The notes below the pieces were generated by a model. The model made no database searches. It was not told the origin of the DNA and saw only the letters and a program-made list of their open reading frames with translations. Below are positions 35,229 through 45,218 of a stretch of 64,000 nt of DNA, in pieces (the first letter of the stretch is position 1; every line of letters starts with the position of its first letter). Made by a program: the position numbers and the translations under genes. This DNA comes from a bacterium (GTDB lineage Bacteria; Patescibacteriota; Minisyncoccia; UBA6257; GWB1-50-10), in contig JAKAIX010000001.1 of NCBI GenBank assembly GCA_021814165.1, positions 150,787 to 214,786 on the forward strand, given 5' to 3'.

Positions 35229-37339
35229 TATTCGTTCGGAGATCCCAATCTTAGCGTGAGCGTAATTACGGTACGCGCATCGGGATCGTCGTTGTTATAC
35301 GCGAATACCCTATCGTTCGACTCCGCCCAATAATATTGGAAAGGAGCGTTTATAACAAGATGAAGCGAGTTCTTAACCCCGGACTGCCGTTCGAAGATGA
35401 ACGTATATGTCTGTCCGGAAGCAAGAGAGGGAAGGTTCGCATACTGCGTTTGGTACCTCATATGCAACGTCTTCGAGCTTCCCGAGGGTAGCATAAACCA
35501 TGTCGCAAAAACGTTTTTACCCGAATCCTGTCTTTGCCATGCCTTATAATTCGTAAGATACACGTCGTTCTGTTCTATTGCCGCAAGATCGGCATTTACC
35601 GCGTAATTGGTGTGCGCATAATCAAGCGTGGAATAACTCGTCTTTGTATCATTTCCATCAAGGGCGACCAGGGTCGCATTCGGCTCGGTGAAAATCTGGA
35701 TAAAATCCTTGTTCGTAGCGCGCCACCACGGATCTTTCTGAGTGTCTCCCAAATGCGTCCGCGTAATATCCGCGTTCGTAAACGTATTGCCGCTCACGTC
35801 GATGTCGACGTTCGCGCGCACATCTTCCGTTACGAATGCATCGCTCTTTCCCCCCGCGATGTTCGCGTTCACTACGCCAAGATAACTCCCCCAAAAACTC
35901 GAAGGAAGACCGAATATCGAACCGTCCAGATCGTTCGTTGCGAGGAAATCGGAGAGCACCGGATCTTTTGCGTAGAGCATAATATCTTTCTTCTGTATCG
36001 CATCTTTAATCGCCTCGAAGAGCGACTTCCGTTCGCTATCTGAAAGATTGTTAAGCCGTTCGAGAAGAAGGGGGGTAATGATTTTAAGTATCCGCTTCGG
36101 CTCCCCCGCTTTTTTATCATCGCCTGATTCCACCTCACGTTGAATCTCGGAAAGGAAATTCGCGCTGGTGATGACCTTGTTGTATTCCGGAATGGGAATG
36201 GGACCCGTGATATTTAAAAACGATTCCAGAACACGGATGTTGAGCGCGATAGCGGCATCGAACGTCACATCGCGTTCCGAGTACATTTTCGACGCTTCAA
36301 GGAAATTTACGATCGTCTTTGCGGAAGTCGGGAAATTGAAAAACCAATTCGCGTCGCGGGCGCCCCATCGTTCCGTGAGCGTTTGAAGCTGCTTCGGAGG
36401 AACCACTTTTTGGTCAAGCTGCCCATCGGGATCGTAGATATCCCGTACGTCCATATTCGTCATCTGTCCTCCCGAAACGGTAAGGTCGGCATAACTCCCC
36501 ACGAACCCTCCGCCCGGACGTATCTCCGAAGGATTTTGGAAAAGAAGAAGAACATGGTGATCCCCGGGTGCGCCGAGCCACTTCACGAGAGCGACAAGCG
36601 CATTATCCCATCCATAGAGCGCCGCGCTATATTTCAGGTACTCTCCTCCAATCGCATCATCCACGGTGTTGAATGCGGAAGAGAGATTCTTAAGCGCCGA
36701 GGAAGCGTTTTTGATGGAAACGGTGTTGTCGCGTATCGCCTGAATCGTCTCGTGCGTTTTCGAGAGCGCGGCAATGAGAGCGGCGCCGTCATGCTGGAAG
36801 TAACCGAGCGCGTTCGTCTGGAGCGTTTCGAGATCCTGGCTCAATTCAAGGAACTGGAGATTCAGGTTCGTCACTTTCCCCAAAAAACCCACGCTCCCTT
36901 TCACGATAGGAACGAAACTGCCGACCGTATCGATAATAGACTGACCGATGCCTTTATGAAGCGTCGAAGTAATGGTATTCAGTTCTTCGTCGTTCTTTTT
37001 GAGAAATTCGGACGCGGTCTGCGGTTCGAAATTTTTGAGTGCGGTCGCCGAAGAAGTGAAATTCTTCATAATCGACGACCCGCTGTCGGTAATGGTGGCC
37101 TTGATAGTCCGCAGATTACTCGCAACAAGAAGCAGAAAGAGAATTATGCCGAGGAGTATCATACCGAATGCACCCACCAAGGCGCGCTTCAGGACCGAAA
37201 ATCGCGGCCGAGACGCCTCGGGAACGCGCCTCAAGTTTACCGTACCGAATCTGTTCAGCCGCTCGTAGTTGAAATGGGGATTTCTTACGTCGACAAGGAT
37301 CGGATCGATATTCTTTTTTGGCACCGATTTTTTTACCAT
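35228..37339 (-). CDS. DUF4012-like large envelope protein (N-terminal TM, 703 aa)
   Basis: N-terminal basic region, then TM (GMILLGIILFLLLVASNL), then a long extracytoplasmic domain. It precedes the glycosyltransferases. Confidence 0.5.
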   Translation of the reverse strand: MVKKSVPKKNIDPILVDVRNPHFNYERLNRFGTVNLRRVPEASRPRFSVLKRALVGAFGMILLGIILFLLLVASNLRTIKATITDSGSSIMKNFTSSATALKNFEPQTASEFLKKNDEELNTITSTLHKGIGQSIIDTVGSFVPIVKGSVGFLGKVTNLNLQFLELSQDLETLQTNALGYFQHDGAALIAALSKTHETIQAIRDNTVSIKNASSALKNLSSAFNTVDDAIGGEYLKYSAALYGWDNALVALVKWLGAPGDHHVLLLFQNPSEIRPGGGFVGSYADLTVSGGQMTNMDVRDIYDPDGQLDQKVVPPKQLQTLTERWGARDANWFFNFPTSAKTIVNFLEASKMYSERDVTFDAAIALNIRVLESFLNITGPIPIPEYNKVITSANFLSEIQREVESGDDKKAGEPKRILKIITPLLLERLNNLSDSERKSLFEAIKDAIQKKDIMLYAKDPVLSDFLATNDLDGSIFGLPSSFWGSYLGVVNANIAGGKSDAFVTEDVRANVDIDVSGNTFTNADITRTHLGDTQKDPWWRATNKDFIQIFTEPNATLVALDGNDTKTSYSTLDYAHTNYAVNADLAAIEQNDVYLTNYKAWQRQDSGKNVFATWFMLPSGSSKTLHMRYQTQYANLPSLASGQTYTFIFERQSGVKNSLHLVINAPFQYYWAESNDRVFAYNNDDPDARTVITLTLRLGSPNE

Positions 37340-37352
37340 ACCGTTTACATTT

Positions 37353-38501
37353 TTACATATTCCGCGCTACGGAAGCGAAACAGTGCATATGCTCCGCGGC
37401 GCTTGTGCGCCAATCGAAACGGGCAATATTATCTTTCCCCCGCTTCTTGAACGTCTCGCAAAGCGCGGGGTTGTCGAGAAACGCTTCGATCGCCTCAATA
37501 AGCTCGCGTACCTTCCAAGGATCCGCGAGAAGCGCGCTCGTACCGAGTATTTCGGGAAGCGAAGTGCGGTTTGATGCGACGACGGGAGTGCCGCACGCCT
37601 GCGCTTCGAGAGGGGGAAATCCAACCCCCTCGAAAAACGAAGGATATACGAACACCGTCGCAAGACGGTACAAACGCCGCATCACTTCGTGCTCCGCCTT
37701 TCCCCACACGATAATGTCCTCCCGGTACGGCGAATGTTCCACCTCTTTGAAAATTGTATCATAGGACCATCCGCGCGACCCCGCGAGCACGAGAGAAAGC
37801 TCCTTGTTTCTCGATGCTTGTTTGAGCGCGTTAAACGCACGCACGACCGCGACGATATTTTTTCTCGGCTCGATCGTTCCCGAATAAAGAAGGAACCGAT
37901 CGGGAAGCTTATGCTTATTTTTAAAGACCCGAAGCGCTTCGTCGGTATCCTTCTGCTCTTTATATATCACATTGATTCCCGGATAGATCCTCGTAATCTT
38001 CCGTTCCGGAATTTTGAATACATCCATAAGCGTTTCCTTCGTGAAATTGGAAGGAGCGATGAGATGTCCCGCTTCACCTATCTCGCGGCGGTATCCCTGC
38101 CGCCAATGCCACAACCGCTGCTTTACGGAAAAAAATTCCGGATAGCAGAAAGATATATCATGAACCGTCACCACGCGCCGCTCGGGATTCTTTAAGGAAA
38201 GAATGTTGATGTTCGGACTCCAAAACACATCGGAAGGGAGAAGTGCATCTATTTTTGGAATGCGGAATAAGAGATTTAACGGATCGAATATCCTGTTCGG
38301 AATCCCGAAATTGATTACGGCGCCGTTAACCCCGTTTTGTAGGAACGGTATTCCCTTTTGTTTCCTGAAACCGTTCGCGAAAAACGTATAGTGATGCTCC
38401 GGATAATCGGCGATAAACCGTTCGATAAGAAGTCGCGTATATTCCGATATTCCGGAAAATGTATTCGGCCTATATGGCCTCGTATCGATGAAAATATTCA
38501 T
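37353..38501 (-). CDS. Glycosyltransferase family 4 (GT-B)
   Basis: EGVGFPPLEAQACGTPVVAS motif. Start set at MNIFIDT to avoid overlap with the upstream gene. Confidence 0.8.
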   Translation of the reverse strand: MNIFIDTRPYRPNTFSGISEYTRLLIERFIADYPEHHYTFFANGFRKQKGIPFLQNGVNGAVINFGIPNRIFDPLNLLFRIPKIDALLPSDVFWSPNINILSLKNPERRVVTVHDISFCYPEFFSVKQRLWHWRQGYRREIGEAGHLIAPSNFTKETLMDVFKIPERKITRIYPGINVIYKEQKDTDEALRVFKNKHKLPDRFLLYSGTIEPRKNIVAVVRAFNALKQASRNKELSLVLAGSRGWSYDTIFKEVEHSPYREDIIVWGKAEHEVMRRLYRLATVFVYPSFFEGVGFPPLEAQACGTPVVASNRTSLPEILGTSALLADPWKVRELIEAIEAFLDNPALCETFKKRGKDNIARFDWRTSAAEHMHCFASVARNM

Positions 38502-38514
38502 AGACGAATCGGCA

Positions 38515-39612
38515 TTAAAACGTGAAACCGTATTTTGCGAGTGTTGCAAGAATGCTTCCGCGAAACGTCTCTTTCGAGAACCGAAGCGCAGATCGCGCAA
38601 TTGCACGCCGATCGAAAGTGAGATATTCGAAACTCCGCACCGCCTCCACAATTTTCTCGGGTGTCTGCTCGGAAAAGAATACGCCGGTCTTCTTATCGAT
38701 AACTATCTCGCGGGCGCCTCCTTTTGCAAACGCGATAACGGGCGTTCCGCACGCCTGCGCTTCCGCGGCGACGAGCCCGAAATCCTCGATCTGCGGAAAT
38801 ATGAGCGCTTTCGCATTGCTATAAAGCATCCTGAGTTCTTCATCTCCCGCAGATTCGATAAATTCGATAAGCGGCGATTTTACGAGCTTCTTCAGCTCCG
38901 AGAGTTCCGGTCCTCTTCCTACGATCTTCAGTGGCTTCTGGAGCTGATTGAACGCCGCGATGCCGAGATCAAACCCTTTGTAATACAGAAGTCGTCCCGC
39001 CATAAGGTAGTATTCTTTTCTTCCCGACTGGAGTTCGGGATAAAAAAGTTCGGTGTCGACGGGAGGATATACCACGACCGCATCGCGGCCGTAGTATGAA
39101 TGAATTTTCCCCGCAATAAATTCGGAGTTTGCAATGAAAAGGTTCACGCGTTGCGCCGCGCGCGTATCCCAGTTCTTAAGCCATCGCGCGATCGGGTACG
39201 CGATAAGATTCGAGAGTGCCTTCGGAGAAAATCTGAGATTTTTCAGATAATCGATTTCCCACGCGTAACGAAGCGGGCTGTGGCAATAACTCACGTGATA
39301 AGGGGCGCGTATGCCGAATCCTTTGGCATATCCCGCAGTCGAGGAGATGAGCAGGTCATATTCCTGTTCCGATTTAAGAAGCGAAGCCGCAATCGGCATC
39401 AAAGGGATAAAGAGGCGATGATGCTTCTTAATCCCCGGCATGTTGAGAATACTCGTATGCAGCTTGTACCGTTCGAAGAGACCGCGGGTTTTTTCCTTGT
39501 CGTAGAGAAGCGTATAGAGATCGGCGTCGGGAAACATCTCGAGAAGCGCTTGAAGCACCCGTTCCCCTCCTCCGAACTGATTCAAATAATCATGTGCAAT
39601 CGCAACGCGCAT
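38515..39612 (-). CDS. Glycosyltransferase family 4 (GT-B)
   Basis: EDFGLVAAEAQACGTPVIAF motif. Confidence 0.8.
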   Translation of the reverse strand: MRVAIAHDYLNQFGGGERVLQALLEMFPDADLYTLLYDKEKTRGLFERYKLHTSILNMPGIKKHHRLFIPLMPIAASLLKSEQEYDLLISSTAGYAKGFGIRAPYHVSYCHSPLRYAWEIDYLKNLRFSPKALSNLIAYPIARWLKNWDTRAAQRVNLFIANSEFIAGKIHSYYGRDAVVVYPPVDTELFYPELQSGRKEYYLMAGRLLYYKGFDLGIAAFNQLQKPLKIVGRGPELSELKKLVKSPLIEFIESAGDEELRMLYSNAKALIFPQIEDFGLVAAEAQACGTPVIAFAKGGAREIVIDKKTGVFFSEQTPEKIVEAVRSFEYLTFDRRAIARSALRFSKETFRGSILATLAKYGFTF

Positions 39613-39723
39613 GTCGTCATTTTATCGTTAATCGCACATTCTTGGAAGCGGTTACGGAAGAGTTTGATTTCTTCGAATCGGACCACAATCGGATTATCGA
39701 ACTAAATGAAGCCGCCTCAAAAT

Positions 39724-39759
39724 ACGCTCATATGCGCGTATTTTGAGGCTGTCATCTTC
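39724..39759. terminator. Palindrome GCCTCAAAATACGCTCATATGCGCGTATTTTGAGGC (related copy at 4216-4255)
   Basis: Read directly; lies 3' of the carboxypeptidase gene. Confidence 0.5.
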
Positions 39760-39774
39760 TTCTTTTAGGGCGCG

Positions 39775-40686
39775 TCAAAACGTATACGCCTTTTCGATCC
39801 ACTCAAGCATGCCATTCGTTTCCTTCACGCGATCCGGACTCCCGAGAATAATGATCGCGATCTGTCTGTTTCTGAAAGAGAGCACCGCGGCGAAGTTTTC
39901 TTTCGCCAAGGGCGACGTACCCGTCTTTCCGCCAAGGAAATCGGCGCGGGTCGCGAGGAGATCGACGTTCGGCACGACATGGCTTCTTTCCGAATTCGTC
40001 GGTTGCACGAGAAGCGAGGTAAGCCGCGTCCATCGTAAAATGTCGGGATCCTTTGCGATGATGTATTTAAGAAGCATCAGCATGTCACGCGCCGTAGTCG
40101 TATTCGTGTCATTAAGTCCGGAAGAATCGTGGATGAAAGTTTCCGTCATGCCTATCTCTTTCTCTTTTTTATTCACCAGATCCAAGAAAGCGTCTTTTCC
40201 TACATATTCTTCAAGCGCTGCCGCCGCATCGTTCGAAGAGGCCATGAGCATGATTTTCAAAAGATCTTCGACGGTGTACACCTCACCGGCATGCAATCCC
40301 CCCGCAGTACCTTCCGTATCCACTGCGGCATTGGAAACGACTACTTTCTGATTCAATCCTCCGCGCTCCGTAATAAGAACGGCGGTCATGAGTTTCGTAA
40401 GCGAAGCCATTGGCCACGCGGTATCGGAGTTATAGCGAAAAAATGGAAAATTATCGTCCAAAGATTGCACGATGACAGCGCGCGCGTTTATTGCCGGGTC
40501 GGGAACGTCCCAATTACGCACCGGCACTTTTTCCGCTTTCGGAGGAATAGGAGTCGATCCCGTCGAAGTCGCAACGTTCATAATATTCGTTTCTCCCTCC
40601 GTCCTCCAAAAATTCAGGAGCGGGAGCTTCGAGAGCCCCACTGAGACAAGAATGATAGCAATGAGAAGTATGACCTGCCAACGCAT
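39775..40686 (-). CDS. D-alanyl-D-alanine carboxypeptidase (S11, PBP5-like)
   Basis: SLTK (SxxK), SSND (SxN) and KTGTS (KTG) motifs; N-terminal signal/TM. Confidence 0.8.
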   Translation of the reverse strand: MRWQVILLIAIILVSVGLSKLPLLNFWRTEGETNIMNVATSTGSTPIPPKAEKVPVRNWDVPDPAINARAVIVQSLDDNFPFFRYNSDTAWPMASLTKLMTAVLITERGGLNQKVVVSNAAVDTEGTAGGLHAGEVYTVEDLLKIMLMASSNDAAAALEEYVGKDAFLDLVNKKEKEIGMTETFIHDSSGLNDTNTTTARDMLMLLKYIIAKDPDILRWTRLTSLLVQPTNSERSHVVPNVDLLATRADFLGGKTGTSPLAKENFAAVLSFRNRQIAIIILGSPDRVKETNGMLEWIEKAYTF

Positions 40687-40692
40687 GAACGT

Positions 40693-41310
40693 TTACTCGG
40701 TTAAGGGAGATTCTGCGGAAGGCTGCTCCTGCGTCGTTTCGGATTCCTCTTGGGCGGCGGCGGTGACGCCGAACTCTTCGAGGATGCGGCGATAACGATC
40801 GTATTCCGGCAGCGCCCCCGGCGATTCAATCCCCATGTGACGCAGGAAATCGAAACTCGCGGAGTACTCGAAGACATTCTTTTTCCGCTCGTGCGGCGCG
40901 CGCGTCACGAGTCCGCGCATGAGCAAACTTCGGAGGATAAAACTCGAATTCACGCCGCGGATGAAGTCGATCGTCGACCTCGTAACCGGCCCGAGGTACG
41001 CGATGATGGAAAGCGTTTCGACGGCCGCAGGCGTAAGTTCCTCCTTGAACTCTTCTTGCGCCAGCGCCTCCCCGAATTTGTGAAATGGGGGCTTCGTGCC
41101 GAGTTGAAATACGTTCCCGTTCCGGAGCAAAAGCAATCCGCGGCGCTCATCCCTTCCCAGCACTTCTCCAAATTCTATGAGGAGTTCCTCCGCTGATTTT
41201 TCATCCATCCCCAAAAATTTTGCAACCCGTTTAAGCTCCATCGGTTCGCCGTAGTAGAAAAGAAGCGCCTCAAGCGCCGCATATTTTGCTTCATAACGTA
41301 ATGTCTCCAT
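40693..41310 (-). CDS. scpB: Segregation and condensation protein B
   Basis: LEALLFYYGEPMELKRVAKFLGMDE winged-helix pair. Confidence 0.8.
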   Translation of the reverse strand: METLRYEAKYAALEALLFYYGEPMELKRVAKFLGMDEKSAEELLIEFGEVLGRDERRGLLLLRNGNVFQLGTKPPFHKFGEALAQEEFKEELTPAAVETLSIIAYLGPVTRSTIDFIRGVNSSFILRSLLMRGLVTRAPHERKKNVFEYSASFDFLRHMGIESPGALPEYDRYRRILEEFGVTAAAQEESETTQEQPSAESPLTE

Positions 41311-41461
41311 AATAATGCCTATTGTACCTCCTCCTTGCGTCTACTTCAAAATCCTTCCGACCAGCCTGAAAATATTTCTCGAGGATTTTGCAAGATGGAA
41401 AAAGTGGGTAAGACTTGGCCAAGCGGCCCGGAGCGCACACTTCTTCTGTCTTGCAAAATCC

Positions 41462-42211
41462 TCATATTGAAGTCTGGTCCTTTTTCTTCCTTGCGATAAA
41501 GATATCCGAAAAATGACTACCCTGCTCCACCATGACAAGCTGTTCCTTCACGAGATGCAAAACCGCGAGAAAGAGCACGACAAGCTCGCTCCGTCCGCTT
41601 GATCCGCTCCCGAAACTCTTGAAATTCACCGGATGTTCCGTAAGACGCGCAAAAATTTCCTCGATCTTCTGCTTCAGATGGATAATCTCGTTCTTGACCC
41701 GCACGACAGGGCGCATGAAACGCTCGAGTTCTCCCACGACGCGCCGAACGGCGCTTACGAGATGCTCTTCCGAAAATTTTTTCGGCGGATAAAAAATGGG
41801 CGTGCGTTCCATAAGGAATGCGCGCGAAAAAATAGTCGGCACCGGATGCCATCCCGCCTTGATATATTCTCTCGTCTTTTTGAGTTCCTGATACAGTTTG
41901 AGACGCGTTTCAAGATTTTTTATATCGCTCTCCTCTTCCTCGGTAAGTTCGAGAGAAGGAAGAAGCGTTTTCGATTTAATGAGAAGGAGTTTTGAGGCGA
42001 CCACCAGAAAATCGGCCACAAGAGAGTGATTCGCGCCCGCGGCCTCGAGACGATGGAGATAATCAAAAAAGCCGCCCGTGACCTCGGCGAGACTCACGGT
42101 CGTAATCTCCAGTTTTTTCTCCTCGATGAGTTCAAGAAGCTTTTCGAGAGGCCCCTGGAACCCGGTCAGTTCAAGCTTATATGCCACATCACTATGATAT
42201 AATGAAACCAT
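41462..42211 (-). CDS. scpA: Segregation and condensation protein A
   Basis: ELTGFQGPLEKLLELIEEKKLEITTVSLAEVT. Start taken at MVSLY. Confidence 0.75.
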   Translation of the reverse strand: MVSLYHSDVAYKLELTGFQGPLEKLLELIEEKKLEITTVSLAEVTGGFFDYLHRLEAAGANHSLVADFLVVASKLLLIKSKTLLPSLELTEEEESDIKNLETRLKLYQELKKTREYIKAGWHPVPTIFSRAFLMERTPIFYPPKKFSEEHLVSAVRRVVGELERFMRPVVRVKNEIIHLKQKIEEIFARLTEHPVNFKSFGSGSSGRSELVVLFLAVLHLVKEQLVMVEQGSHFSDIFIARKKKDQTSI

Positions 42212-42575
42212 GATGAAAGGAACAACAAAACTCACCCCCGCGTTCGTGCTCCGCATCGGGCTCGGACTCACGCTCATTTACGCCGGTGCACACATTTTAG
42301 GAGACACGGTAACCTGGGCGGGATTTATTCCTCCGTGGCTCTACAAACTCATGAATCCGTCGCTCTTCCTCACAATCCACGGAATCGGCGAACTGCTTTT
42401 GGGAGTTCTTCTTCTTGCGGGGATTTTCCTTCCCGCGGCTTCCATCCTGACTTTCCTCGATATGCTCTCGATCATGATATTCTACGGCGTGGACGATATT
42501 TCTTTCCGCGACTTCGGCCTCATGATGGCGGCACTCGCGCTCTTTCTCCTCGTGAGAAAGAAGGAAACAGAGTAA
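42210..42575 (+). CDS. DoxX-like small membrane protein
   Basis: Four TM segments (RIGLGLTLIYAGAHIL...); divergent from scpA. Confidence 0.45.
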   Translation: MMKGTTKLTPAFVLRIGLGLTLIYAGAHILGDTVTWAGFIPPWLYKLMNPSLFLTIHGIGELLLGVLLLAGIFLPAASILTFLDMLSIMIFYGVDDISFRDFGLMMAALALFLLVRKKETE

Positions 42576-42597
42576 ATTTCTTTCCCCCTCCGTCAGC

Positions 42598-42990
42598 CAA
42601 CGTTCCGCTCGAATGTCTTCTCCTCACTCACCATGCGGAAATTGAGGGTTCGCGCAACTCAACCTCCGTCCGCCAACTGGCGGACTTCGGGATTCGTACA
42701 GTGCGCGATTCCCTCATTTCCTTTATCTCGTTCGGGAAGACATCTGTCTCGCTTCACGATGCTTCCTTAGGGGGAAAGAGATTTACTCTAACCTGTGAAG
42801 TTGCAAAACAAGAGTCTCACCAGAAGAGTCTTATTCTCCCCGAGTGAGCATTGTCGTAAGATATCGAGAAACTTACGAGCGAGCCGCGTCGCCGAGACAG
42901 GACCCCCGCCGTAAGGCGAGTCGGGTGGCGAGGAGCGTGCGAGCGAGTAGAAGTTTTTATATCTGGAGGCCCATGCGAACGAGGGGAGAA
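42598..42990 (+). ncRNA. Copy B of the ~400-nt conserved element (inverted relative to copy A); sense strand not determined
   Basis: See copy A. Here the internal 19-bp long-range helix is AAGAGTCTTATTCTCCCCG / CGAGGGGAGAATAAGACTCTT. It abuts the ychF stop codon. Confidence 0.55.
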
Positions 42991-43004
42991 TAAGACTCTT
43001 CCTT

Positions 43005-44000
43005 CTATCCATGTCTCACTACAATCACATCGCCGTCCTGCATCACGTACTCCTTCCCCTCGAGACGGAGCCACCCTTTCTGTTTTGCGTGACTCCATCC
43101 GCCCGCTTCGAGTAACTTTTCCGTACTTATCACCTCCGCGCGGATGAATTTTTGCTCGAAGTCCGTGTGAATCACACCCGCCGCCTGCGGCGCCTTCGTG
43201 CCGCGTTCGATCGTCCATGCGCGCGTCTCGTCTTCTCCCGTGGTGAAAAAACTGATGAGATTCAAGATCGCATACGCTTTCTTGATAAGCTCCGGCACTG
43301 CGGATTCATCCTTCAGATCCGCGATGAGATATTCGAATCCCATCTCGGCTATTTTTCGTTTTACATCCTCGCTCACCTCCTCGGGTGATCCGTTCAAAAG
43401 AAAAAGCTGCGGCTTCGCGCTTAAGAGCTGAAGCTCGTGCACGATCGGTTCGTCTTTAAAACGCCCCGTAAGATTTCCCGCCTCGAGTTCCGCGCGGATT
43501 TGTTTCAAGACGCCCAGGTTTTTGATAGCCGTCTTGTCGTTTCCCCGCGCCTCCGCTTCGAGTTTTCCCATCCGCTTATCCACGGTTTCGATATCCTTGA
43601 AGATGAGTTCCATTTCAATAATGTCGATATCGCGGATCGGATCCACCGTCGATTCGACGTGGATGATATCACCTTGTCCGAAACAGCGAACGATATGCGC
43701 GACCGCCTGTACGTTTCTGATGTTTGCAAGAAACTGGTTTCCCAATCCCTCGCCCTTATTCGCACCCTTCACGAGCCCCGCAATGTCGTAGAATTCCACG
43801 ACCGCCGGGATTTCCTTCTTCGAGCTCGAAAGTTTCGAGAGTTTCTGCACCCGCTCATCGGGCACGGACACGACGCCCACATTCGGATCAATCGTCGCGA
43901 AGGGATAGTTTGCGATCGTAATCTCCTGCTTCGTAAGCAATTTGAAGAGCGTTGACTTCCCTACGTTCGGGAGTCCCACAATACCGATGGATAATTTCAT
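43005..44000 (-). CDS. ychF: Ribosome-binding ATPase YchF
   Basis: MKLSIGIVGLPNVGKSTLF G1 motif, TGS domain at the C-terminus. Confidence 0.9.
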   Translation of the reverse strand: MKLSIGIVGLPNVGKSTLFKLLTKQEITIANYPFATIDPNVGVVSVPDERVQKLSKLSSSKKEIPAVVEFYDIAGLVKGANKGEGLGNQFLANIRNVQAVAHIVRCFGQGDIIHVESTVDPIRDIDIIEMELIFKDIETVDKRMGKLEAEARGNDKTAIKNLGVLKQIRAELEAGNLTGRFKDEPIVHELQLLSAKPQLFLLNGSPEEVSEDVKRKIAEMGFEYLIADLKDESAVPELIKKAYAILNLISFFTTGEDETRAWTIERGTKAPQAAGVIHTDFEQKFIRAEVISTEKLLEAGGWSHAKQKGWLRLEGKEYVMQDGDVIVVRHG

Positions 44001-44122
44001 TCCAAATATTATATTCCTCAAGCGATGGAGATTCCATACGCACACGCATCTTGTTTCCGTGAGTTGACCAAAACTAGTTTTAATTGTAAAATCATCCCAG
44101 AATAATTTAAAGGAGAATATGA

Positions 44123-44368
44123 GTGAAAAAGAGAATCAAGAATATTCTTGGCCTCCTGAAGCACTTCTGGCCAGTGGTATTATTTCCTGCAGCAATGTGG
44201 GTTTTATCCCAAAAAACTCCGGATTGGCTTAAGATGGTAGCTTCTCTCGTAGCGGGAGGGTCGTTCGCCTATGCACTTATCATGGCCTCCCCAGGCTTTT
44301 TTCTTGACTCCGTACTAAAGGAGCTGGAAAAGGTGATTAAAAAAACAGACAAGGGAGGTGAAGAATAA
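44123..44368 (+). CDS. Small membrane protein
   Basis: 81 aa with two hydrophobic segments. Confidence 0.3.
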   Translation: MKKRIKNILGLLKHFWPVVLFPAAMWVLSQKTPDWLKMVASLVAGGSFAYALIMASPGFFLDSVLKELEKVIKKTDKGGEE

Positions 44369-44369
44369 A

Positions 44370-44627
44370 ATGGAAGCAATCATTATTTTGACCACACAAA
44401 TCGTCGTGGGAGCGATGATCACTCACCTTTTTTATATGGAGAAGGTGATGCATACCCACAAAGAAAGTTTTTCCTTCTACCCATCCGAAGCGTTCATGGG
44501 ATGGGCTTGCACACTTATGACGCTCCTTTGGGAGGTATTCCTTCCAATTGAGCTTTTGACAGGTTTCAGAATTTGGAAGAAAGGAGGATTGAATTGGCGA
44601 CATTGGTCTGCATCGGAAATGGGCTAA
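44370..44627 (+). CDS. Small membrane protein
   Basis: MEAIIILTTQIVVGAMITHLF...; overlaps the next ORF by 55 nt. Confidence 0.25.
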   Translation: MEAIIILTTQIVVGAMITHLFYMEKVMHTHKESFSFYPSEAFMGWACTLMTLLWEVFLPIELLTGFRIWKKGGLNWRHWSASEMG

Positions 44628-45208
44628 GGAGCGGCAAAGATCCAAAAACCAGTAACATGAGTGCCGCGATTATCCACGAGGTATTCAAGTACTGGAACAC
44701 AATCTCTAACGTAAGAGGAATAGTTCTCTGCGGAGGATATAAAAACGCGGAAGGAGTAACAGAGGCGGAATCTATGCTCCATGACTTAATAAGAAACTAT
44801 CCTGACTTGTATTTATATCCATCCTTTAGAGAATCGCTTCTTATAGAGAAGAATTCGTACCGCACGCATAACAACGCTCTGGAGGCGATGAAAGTGATCT
44901 ACGGCAAAGTACTTTTGGACGATTTCAAGATCGTCGTCATTGACCATCCCAGACACCTCACCAGAACCCTTCTTTGCTTTCAGACAGTGAATCGTCTGTG
45001 GTACGGGGGCAGATACAAGATAAAAGGCCTGGCGGCACTGGAGGTCTATGACAAGGATATCCCGAACCAACCGTACTGGGCATCGCGGGAAACGTGGACT
45101 TCGCGGGAGAAAAAAACACTGTTACTGTACAAACTTTTGTTGTTCCGTCCGTGGGCACGTCTTGGGCTGTGGATACTGAGGACCGTCTGGCCTTCAGAAA
45201 AACAATAG
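44573..45208 (+). CDS. DUF218 (YdcF/ElyC/SanA-like) domain protein
   Basis: ATLVCIGNGL... and IVLCGGYKNAEGVTEAESM resemble DUF218 motifs. Start uncertain. Confidence 0.45.
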   Translation: MEERRIELATLVCIGNGLRSGKDPKTSNMSAAIIHEVFKYWNTISNVRGIVLCGGYKNAEGVTEAESMLHDLIRNYPDLYLYPSFRESLLIEKNSYRTHNNALEAMKVIYGKVLLDDFKIVVIDHPRHLTRTLLCFQTVNRLWYGGRYKIKGLAALEVYDKDIPNQPYWASRETWTSREKKTLLLYKLLLFRPWARLGLWILRTVWPSEKQ

Positions 45209-45218
45209 GAGGTGAACA

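Noticed and set aside
28345-42990. Diversity-generating retroelement (TR/VR pair) as an explanation for the two ~400-nt copies
   Set aside because: Differences between the copies are not adenine-specific and include indels. The copies are inverted relative to each other, and no reverse transcriptase gene is present in the window.
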